Below, piece after piece: positions 51,276-58,102 of a stretch of DNA of 64,000 nt. The position numbers were made by a program, and so were the translations under genes. Origin of the DNA: a virus (Duplodnaviria; Heunggongvirae; Uroviricota; Caudoviricetes); the IMG/VR virus record IMGVR_UViG_3300032007_000002; one strand, written 5' to 3'. The notes beneath the pieces are model-generated. The model saw nothing but the letters and a program-made list of their open reading frames with translations. It was not told where the DNA came from and ran no database searches. Numbering within the stretch: the first letter of the stretch is position 1; every line of letters starts with the position of its first letter.

Positions 51276-52196
51276 ATGCTTCTGTCTATGATTTTGGCCC
51301 GTTCAATGGGCGGAATGATTGGCGTCGATGGGCAAATCCCGTGGAAACTTTCGACTGACATGGCGCGTTTCAAGCGCATCACGATGGGCCACCATGTAAT
51401 CATGGGCCGCGCGTGCTATGAATCTATCGGCAAGCCGCTTCCCGGCAGGACGGAAATCGTCGTGACCCATAGCAAGGATTTTGCTGTACGCGATGGAGTA
51501 AAGGTTGTTCATTCTATTGCCGAGGCGATCGCTGTTGCCAAGGAGGCCGGCGACTCGGAGGCATTCATCATCGGTGGCGCCACTCTGTATGACCAGACAA
51601 TCGGCATTGTCGGCAAGGTTTACGATACTACGGTGGACCGTTCCAATTTCAGCGGGAATGAATATACACACCTGTCTGAACGGACGCTCTATTATCTAAA
51701 GTCGGGTGCGTTCAAAACGGTCGGGACGCCGGAACGGTCCGAGAAGGGTATGCTGGATGAATATTCGTCCACCTTTACCGTCAGGGAACGTAAACGTTTC
51801 TGCGGTTATGGCGATATTTACGCCGGAAACGCGGAACGGGGCGAACTCCAGGTTGAAATCCGTTTCGGAACTAGGGGAGTTGTTCGCATGAAGTCGGCAC
51901 ATCTTGGCGGACAAGATCGGTTCGAATGGTATCTGTCCAAGATTACGGTTCCGGTCAAATTCATGGATGCCGGGGTGGCCGGGTATATAACCGACATTGA
52001 AATCCATAAGGACCTGTATGTGGACGGAACGTTGCATCTTGTGGAAAACGACGCCACCCGCACTATGCGGGAACTTGCCAAGGGAGGCATGGAATTTTCC
52101 GTCACGGCAGAGGATGCCATGCTGTACAACGGTTGTGTGATTAAGCATGACATGTCCAGAATTGGTACGCTGGAAGCAATCGTGAATAAAGATTGA
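51276..52196 (+). CDS. folA: dihydrofolate reductase with extra C-terminal domain
   Basis: IG...IPW...DMARFK, IMGR, PLPGR, IIGG; ~130 extra residues. Confidence 0.88.
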   Translation: MLLSMILARSMGGMIGVDGQIPWKLSTDMARFKRITMGHHVIMGRACYESIGKPLPGRTEIVVTHSKDFAVRDGVKVVHSIAEAIAVAKEAGDSEAFIIGGATLYDQTIGIVGKVYDTTVDRSNFSGNEYTHLSERTLYYLKSGAFKTVGTPERSEKGMLDEYSSTFTVRERKRFCGYGDIYAGNAERGELQVEIRFGTRGVVRMKSAHLGGQDRFEWYLSKITVPVKFMDAGVAGYITDIEIHKDLYVDGTLHLVENDATRTMRELAKGGMEFSVTAEDAMLYNGCVIKHDMSRIGTLEAIVNKD

Positions 52197-52234
52197 ACCA
52201 TGATTATAAACTGTTGGAAAACTTACGGTAATAT

Positions 52235-52780
52235 ATGCCCGAGTTTTCCAACAGCCCGCTAGTATCGTTTACCCAGCTGTCCCCGAACTGTAACAAGAAA
52301 CGGACCCACGCCATCGACACGGTGACAATCCATTGTACCGCCGGGCAGAGGACCGTGGAGCAGCTCGGTAAAACGTTTGCCCCGGCTTCGCGCAAGGCGT
52401 CGTGCAACTACGCGATCGGAAGCGACGGGCGCGTGGCACTCATCGTCCCGGAGGAATCCAGGAGCTGGTGCAGCAGCGACGCGTCAAACGACCACCGGGC
52501 GGTAACCATAGAGGTGTCGAGCGACGATAAGACCCCCTATGCGGTGAACGATGCGGCATACGCGTCCCTCATCTATCTGGTGGCGGACATCTGCCGTCGC
52601 AACGGCATAGCGAAACTGCTGTGGAGACACGACAAGTCGCTGGTCGGCAAGACGGACAAGGACGGGAAGCTGGTGCAGAACCTCACGCTTCACAAGTGGT
52701 TCGCCAACAAGGCGTGCCCCGGGCCGTTCTTGGAAGATAGGATGTTCGACATCGTGGCCAAGGTAAACGCGCTACTGTAA
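52235..52780 (+). CDS. N-acetylmuramoyl-L-alanine amidase (Amidase_2), endolysin
   Basis: TIHC, ASCNY, SWCSS, TIEV, HKWFANKACPG; TATAAACT upstream. Confidence 0.9.
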   Translation: MPEFSNSPLVSFTQLSPNCNKKRTHAIDTVTIHCTAGQRTVEQLGKTFAPASRKASCNYAIGSDGRVALIVPEESRSWCSSDASNDHRAVTIEVSSDDKTPYAVNDAAYASLIYLVADICRRNGIAKLLWRHDKSLVGKTDKDGKLVQNLTLHKWFANKACPGPFLEDRMFDIVAKVNALL

Positions 52781-53179
52781 GATTTTTGGGAATATGGCGT
52801 GACAACTGTTGAAGTTTTTGCTATATTTCATTACGGAGAGGTCCGAGAGACCTCTTGAAGATTGAAAGACGCGGCATGGATTACTTTGCGGTTACGTAAA
52901 AACCGCACGTTCCCGGTAACGTTATCCGGGCAACAAGATATTCGGGGCGGTGGGTGCCGGCTACCTAGCCGGAGGGCTACCGTCCTACCTCTTGTGGATG
53001 GCACTGTCCATCCAAAAAGACCTTCCTGTCGGAGTAACTCGTGGGCGGAGCCGGCTTACTCGCGGCGAAACCTAAACGAGGCAGGGGGCCTTTTTGGGCG
53101 GACAGCCCATGAATTTGACGACTTCGGGGTATGCGGGAAGTTCCCGCAAGTGCTGCCCCGCTGTCGGACGTGTTTGTAT

Positions 53180-53251
53180 TGCCCGTTAGCCAAGTGGTAA
53201 GGCAGAGGATTCTGAATCCTCCATTCGGTGGTTCGAAGCCATCACGGGCAA
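53180..53251 (+). tRNA. tRNA-Gln (CTG), CCA not encoded
   Basis: TGCCCGT/ACGGGCA acceptor, GCCAAGTGGTAAGGC D-arm, GAGGA-TTCTGAA-TCCTC, GGTTCGAAGCC. Confidence 0.92.
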
Positions 53252-53264
53252 CTACAATAATCTT

Positions 53265-53628
53265 GGGGATGCTTTGGTTTCGACTGGGTATCAAGTTACC
53301 AAGACCTCACCCGCAGTTGGTCTATGGCTGCGTCACAAATGGACCGAAAACACAAATGCCAACAACAGTGCATTCGCCTATCGCGCTGCCGCCTAATCAG
53401 TAGCGGCGTGATTGCCCGGAACAAGCGGAAGGAATAAATTCCGGGACCAAGTGCATATCTTCCAGATTTAGCCGTGAGTTACTGGTCGTAGATCGGCTAT
53501 CTTATACTGGACCAGGACCCCTCTCGGGTAGATCCCCTTGTGGCTTAGGTAGAGCCCTAATAGATTGATGGTGATACGGTTGACGCGATGAGGTATTTAG
53601 GACAGGGGTTCGAACCCCCTCATCTCCA
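53265..53628 (+). ncRNA. ssrA: tmRNA; tag peptide ANNSAFAYRAAA (53358-53396)
   Basis: 5' GGGGATG...TTCGAC, 3' GGACAGGGGTTCGAACCCCCTCATCTCCA with G3:U70; tag ORF ending in AAA-stop. Confidence 0.92.
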
Positions 53629-53827
53629 CGAATTTTCGTCCTGCTGTCGGTAGGACCGCCCTCCAGCACGGGGTAGATGTGGGTGACCGGCTCCGGGTGG
53701 AGCGGCATGCCACTAAGGCAGCGGACACCGTCTTTCCATGCCGCGTCTGTAAAACTGCGGTGCCTCACCCGGCGGAGCGACAAGCGTGTCGCAGAACCCG
53801 GATGGCTAAGCGGTGGCAACGGTTGGT

Positions 53828-55281
53828 AAAAAGTGGTCGCATGAACATGCCCTTTAGATCGTGGGCGAGAACCGCCGATAGTAAATGTAATAAATAAATT
53901 ACATATTAAAGCAACTAATTCATATTTTATTTGAGTTGAATGCTATAAACTTTAATTGAAGTCAAGAAATTTAACATGGAAGCAGTAAGAAGCGAAGATA
54001 CGAAGGCCAAGATACGGGCGAGTATGTCCGCAACAAAGGCCAGACGGCAGACACAAGTCTGTCGAGTATTCGAGCTGAAGGTTTCCATACGGCACAATCC
54101 TAAGTCGGTGTTCGATAAGATGTCCCAATGCTTCAAGGAAGCGAAGTGGGTAATTAACGACATGCTATCGTTGTCCAAGGATAATCCAGACAATAGCATG
54201 TTTGACTACAAGTACACCGATCATAAGGATGTTGTTCATTACGACAAGGACAATAACCCAGTCCATTCTTCAATTACATTACCGTCGGTACTTCACAGGG
54301 CAACTGTAGCACAAAAGAGGACCGACATAGTGAACTTGGCTAAGGCCAAGTCACACGGAAGAAAGATTGGCGCACTGAAGTTCAAGCGGCAAGTGGACTG
54401 CATACCTATCATTACTGGGTTCACGCAGATTATTGACGGGTGTAGGCTAACCATACCGGGGTTCACGAAAATCCGGGTCAACGGACTGAACCAACTGCAC
54501 CAATTTGAACAGTTTGAAATAGCTGATGCCAAGCTGGTTCGCAAGGCAAGCGGCTACTATGTGAAGATTAGCATAATGCTACCGAAATCATCAAGGAAGC
54601 CTACCAACCGAGAGGTTGGTCTTGATTTCGGTATAAAGGATTCCATAACGACATCAAACGGAGACAAGTACAACTGCAAAGTGCAAGAATCGGAACGCCT
54701 GAAGTACCTTTCACGAATGTTGAATAGGCACAAGACCGAGAAGGGTTCCAAGCGGCGATGGAGATGTAAGTGTCAACTGGCTAGGGAGCATGAACGATTG
54801 GCTAATAAACGGAAGGATATTGCCAATAAGATATACAACCGGCTAGTAACCGATTACGATGTTATCTACTTTCAAGACGAGCAGATTAAGAACTGGCAGA
54901 AAGGGTTGTTCGGTAAGTCCGTGCAGTCTTCCTGTCTCGGTTCGCTGAAACAACGACTTGTCGCTCTCGAAGCGAGTGGACGTAGTTTCAAGATTTCTAA
55001 GTGGGAACCCACTACAAAGTTGTGTCCGATGTGTGGCTGCATAAACCACCCGACGCTTGCAGACAGAATCTACAAGTGCGACTGCGGATATACTATGGAC
55101 AGGGACACCCATTCTGCCCGTGTGGTCTTGGTGATTGGCTCGTCTAAAAGAGCCGAGTGCGTGGAACACGCCTCCGCTGAGGTAGCCGCCTCTATGCCTA
55201 CCAGTTCTACTGGGTTAGCACAAGTGGCTCCGTTGAAGCGAAAACTCGAAGCTCATGCCCTTTAGGTCGTGGGTAGTTCAC
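53828..55281 (+). mobile_element. non-autonomous IS200/IS605-family (tnpB-only) element
   Basis: Subterminal hairpins CATGCCCTTTAG(A/G)TCGTGGG at 53846-53865 and 55254-55273 (19/20 identical); right end GTAGTTCAC; lower GC; left boundary approximate. Confidence 0.8.
53976..55265 (+). CDS. tnpB: TnpB RNA-guided endonuclease
   Basis: RuvC-I GLDFG, RuvC-II YFQDEQ, TTKLCPMC...CDC zinc finger, RuvC-III DRD. Confidence 0.9.
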   Translation: MEAVRSEDTKAKIRASMSATKARRQTQVCRVFELKVSIRHNPKSVFDKMSQCFKEAKWVINDMLSLSKDNPDNSMFDYKYTDHKDVVHYDKDNNPVHSSITLPSVLHRATVAQKRTDIVNLAKAKSHGRKIGALKFKRQVDCIPIITGFTQIIDGCRLTIPGFTKIRVNGLNQLHQFEQFEIADAKLVRKASGYYVKISIMLPKSSRKPTNREVGLDFGIKDSITTSNGDKYNCKVQESERLKYLSRMLNRHKTEKGSKRRWRCKCQLAREHERLANKRKDIANKIYNRLVTDYDVIYFQDEQIKNWQKGLFGKSVQSSCLGSLKQRLVALEASGRSFKISKWEPTTKLCPMCGCINHPTLADRIYKCDCGYTMDRDTHSARVVLVIGSSKRAECVEHASAEVAASMPTSSTGLAQVAPLKRKLEAHAL

Positions 55282-55345
55282 GGGCGACTTGTGTTGCTTC
55301 CTGGCGACCTAACGGGCCGGGAATGAAAAGGATATCGCAGCAACC
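55282..55345 (+). ncRNA. probable 3' remnant of the large ncRNA; also the predicted TnpB guide region
   Basis: GTTGCT...AGCAAC stem enclosing TTCCTGGC/GCCGGGAA with a CC-TAAC-GG tip. Confidence 0.4.
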
Positions 55346-55359
55346 ATTTGGGAACCGAC

Positions 55360-55911
55360 ATGGGAACAAACCACTACGTCAAGATAGGCAAGCGAGGGCT
55401 GATCCGTGCAATCAAGGGTGGCCCTTATTCTAATGTTATGGCGCAGTATGGGCTGTTTACCCCGGTCAGCGGTTCCATTTATGAACGCGCCAGGCAGCAA
55501 GCCAATTACATGATGGAACATGCTGGCAAGCGTAACGGGTCCAGGGCTCCGCTTACACTGCATGTGGGCAAGAGCTCGTGCGGATGGCGATTTTCCCTCC
55601 ATTACATTCCGGGACTGTGCGAAACCCTGCGCGACTGGGAACAGATCTTCGCCAACGCGCTGAAAATCGTTGACGAGTATGGAACCGAGGAGACCCCAAA
55701 CCAGCTTATCAGGACGATAACGCGGCGCGGAATACGCTACGGAAGCACCTATGGCGGCAAGCCCCAGGAACCGTCCCCGGAATTTCTAGCGGAGAACCAT
55801 GCCAGGTGGGATGCCGAGAACGGACTGCTGCGGCATGATGACCGCATAACAAAGTCCTCGCCGGACGGGGTCACCTATGACTTGATTGACGACGATTCGC
55901 AGTCATGGTAA
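55360..55911 (+). CDS. hypothetical phage protein
   Basis: MGTNHY...HVGKSSCGWRF...IVDEYG. Confidence 0.65.
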   Translation: MGTNHYVKIGKRGLIRAIKGGPYSNVMAQYGLFTPVSGSIYERARQQANYMMEHAGKRNGSRAPLTLHVGKSSCGWRFSLHYIPGLCETLRDWEQIFANALKIVDEYGTEETPNQLIRTITRRGIRYGSTYGGKPQEPSPEFLAENHARWDAENGLLRHDDRITKSSPDGVTYDLIDDDSQSW

Positions 55912-55992
55912 AAAGTTTGATGTTGTTGAGCAAGGACGCGCGGGAGACCGCGCGTTTTTGCTATATTTTAGTGGACAATATAGGATTGAAAC

Positions 55993-57156
55993 ATGACTGA
56001 GACTGAAAAGAAAGTTCGTGAGACCGGGACGCTCGTAGTCAAATGCGTCGTCGGTTCCCAGGCGTTCGGGCTTGCCACGCCGACCTCGGATATTGACATC
56101 CGCGGCGTTTACGTGCTCCCATACAAGGAATGGCTCCGCAGGGAACCCGCCCTGCAGATTGCCGACGAGAAGAACAACGAGGTTTACTGGGAAGTTACCA
56201 AGTTCATCAAGGAACTTGCGAAGTTCAACGCCCAGGCGCTTGACCTCCTCTACAGCCCGGACCACTGCATCATCGAAGGCAAGGATTTCCTCGAAAAGCT
56301 CCGCGGCAAGATGGGCGGCTTCCTTTCCAAGCAGTCACAGAAGCCTTTCGTGGAATATGCCCGCGGGCAGATCTGCAAGGCCAAGGGCCTCAACAAGAAG
56401 GTTTTCAACCCGAAGCCGCTCGAACTCCCGAGCCTCCTCGAATACTGCTGGGTTCTTGACGATACCAGAGGCCCGGCTACGCCCATGCTCGAATGGCTTG
56501 CGAGCCGTTCGGTAACCGAACGCGACCAGAAATGGTATGCCGCGGCGAAGGTGGAGCATATCCGTGGCGGATATGCGCTGTATCACCAGGATCCGGGAGC
56601 GGGCTATATCCCGTCGGGCAACGGCGTGATTGAACGCCCGGAGCATGAATGGCGCTGGGCCTACGGCATCGTCCGCGACGAGAAGAAGAGCTGCGAAATC
56701 CAGCTGAACAGCATTCCCAAGAATGCCACGCTGGTTGCGCATTTCATCTTCAACCAGGACCATTATTCCCAGGAGTGCAAGGAACGCGCCGAATACCGCA
56801 GATGGATCAAGGAACGCAATGCCGAACGCTATGCGACCACATTGAAGCATGGCCACGGCTACGACTCCAAGAACATGATGCACTGCATCCGCATCCTGAT
56901 GACTGCGCGTGACCTCGCCAGGACCGGCAAGCTGATTGTTGACCGTTCCGCCGACCGCGAGTTCCTGCTTGGCATCAAGAACGGCATGTGGTCCTACGAG
57001 AAGGCGATGGAATATGTCGATAACCTTATCGAGGAGACCAGGATCGCCTACGAGCAGTCCAGCCTCCCGGACATCAAGTACAGCCAGGATTCCATCGACG
57101 AATGCTGTTTCGACTGTGTGGACATGGTGAACGCGGCGGGGAGGAAGAATGGCTAA
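55993..57156 (+). CDS. DNA polymerase-beta superfamily nucleotidyltransferase (RlaP/YcgL-like)
   Basis: GSQAFGLATPTSDIDIRG, YDSKNMMHCIR, LLGIKNG. Confidence 0.85.
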   Translation: MTETEKKVRETGTLVVKCVVGSQAFGLATPTSDIDIRGVYVLPYKEWLRREPALQIADEKNNEVYWEVTKFIKELAKFNAQALDLLYSPDHCIIEGKDFLEKLRGKMGGFLSKQSQKPFVEYARGQICKAKGLNKKVFNPKPLELPSLLEYCWVLDDTRGPATPMLEWLASRSVTERDQKWYAAAKVEHIRGGYALYHQDPGAGYIPSGNGVIERPEHEWRWAYGIVRDEKKSCEIQLNSIPKNATLVAHFIFNQDHYSQECKERAEYRRWIKERNAERYATTLKHGHGYDSKNMMHCIRILMTARDLARTGKLIVDRSADREFLLGIKNGMWSYEKAMEYVDNLIEETRIAYEQSSLPDIKYSQDSIDECCFDCVDMVNAAGRKNG

Positions 57157-57361
57157 GAAGCAGCAGGTAAATCCGAAGCAGCTCTGGAAGGTCCAGGTGA
57201 ACTTCACGGCGCCGGACGGGTCGGAGTTCGACGACATCTACAAGGTTGTTGTCGGGAGCGCGGACCAGATTGCCGCGGACATACCGTGGCGAATTGAAAA
57301 CTTACTCGAAATGGGGTTCTTATGGACCCTCGGGCAGATGGAATTTGTAAAGCAGGTTTAA
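57149..57361 (+). CDS. hypothetical protein
   Basis: GGAGG RBS; operonic. Confidence 0.55.
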   Translation: MAKKQQVNPKQLWKVQVNFTAPDGSEFDDIYKVVVGSADQIAADIPWRIENLLEMGFLWTLGQMEFVKQV

Positions 57362-57362
57362 C

Positions 57363-57998
57363 ATGGCAATTATCTTAGATAACTATGACAAGTTTGTCGA
57401 ATGGGTCAAGAGCAACGGCGAGTGGCCCGCAACCGAAATGTATCACCTCCAGTGGCTCCTCCGCAAGAAGGACGGCAACTGTGCGAAGGACTCCAAGGCC
57501 AGCAAGCACTGGTTTGTCCGTTCGTTCGCGGAACTCGAAACGGTCAAGCCGCGTCTCTACGAGTATGCGGAAAAGGGTGGCCGCATCACCATCGGTGTCA
57601 ACCGCAAGAACGTTGACGCATGCAACTTCCAGCTTGCCCATGAATGTATGCAGGCCTCGCTCAAGCATGTGCATCCTATCGCGACGGCCATCTATCCGGG
57701 CGTCGTCGACAAGGTCGGGGCATCCGGCCGCGGTTTCTACATGCTCGACATCGACCCGATGCCGGAAGAGACCAGGGAGCAGCTCGAAGCCCGCGTGGAA
57801 CGCTATTGCGGTTTCATTGAAAGCGCAATGTCCAATGACAAAGGCAAGAAGGTTTCCGCGGTCTTCCAGTCCAAGAGCGGGTTCCACATCATCTTCCATC
57901 GTTGCAGCCCGGATGACGTGATGAGCAAGATTACCGAACCGCACGACTATGCGACGTTCTTCAAGGATTCGACCACCAACCTCATCATCGGTGTATAA
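57363..57998 (+). CDS. hypothetical protein with AEP/primase-like motifs
   Basis: RKKDG, YMLDID, SKSGFHII. Confidence 0.5.
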   Translation: MAIILDNYDKFVEWVKSNGEWPATEMYHLQWLLRKKDGNCAKDSKASKHWFVRSFAELETVKPRLYEYAEKGGRITIGVNRKNVDACNFQLAHECMQASLKHVHPIATAIYPGVVDKVGASGRGFYMLDIDPMPEETREQLEARVERYCGFIESAMSNDKGKKVSAVFQSKSGFHIIFHRCSPDDVMSKITEPHDYATFFKDSTTNLIIGV

Positions 57999-58102
57999 TG
58001 AAACAGCTGTTCAAGACAATCCGCTATTCAATCTACGCGGTCCTCGCGGTCCGCATCGTTCTGGCTATCTACTGGCACGTCAAGTCGGGGAATGAGGAAT
58101 GA
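57998..58102 (+). CDS. 34-aa membrane peptide (not in the ORF track)
   Basis: TAATG coupling upstream and ATGA coupling downstream; MKQLFKTIRYSIYAVLAVRIVLAIYWHVKSGNEE. Confidence 0.55.
   Translation: MKQLFKTIRYSIYAVLAVRIVLAIYWHVKSGNEE

Larger units (their letters stand above)
52834..53827 (+). ncRNA. candidate large structured ncRNA enclosing tRNA-Gln and tmRNA (5' part)
   Basis: Early motif at 52816-52828; consecutive hairpins; 14-bp helix 52867-52880/53735-53748; no credible ORF. Confidence 0.6.

Noticed and set aside
52971..53695. Additional long-range pairings (GTCCTACC/GGTAGGAC, GGAGGGC/GCCCTCC, CGGAGCCGG/CCGGCTCCG)
   Set aside because: Each strand has a competing local hairpin, so they are not counted as evidence without covariation data
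53749..53830. RNase P RNA (CAGAACCCGG resembles its 3' conserved region)
   Set aside because: No GAGGAAAGTCC 5' partner and no correct order of conserved regions found
52862..53897. Short ORFs across the RNA locus (52862-53200, 53131-53403, 53502-53819, 53679-53897)
   Set aside because: They overlap tRNA/tmRNA, lack RBS and have non-protein-like composition
52834..55281. Group I intron / IStron explaining the structured RNA plus tnpB
   Set aside because: No recognisable P7 core, no interrupted ORF, and the IS left end lies downstream of the structured region
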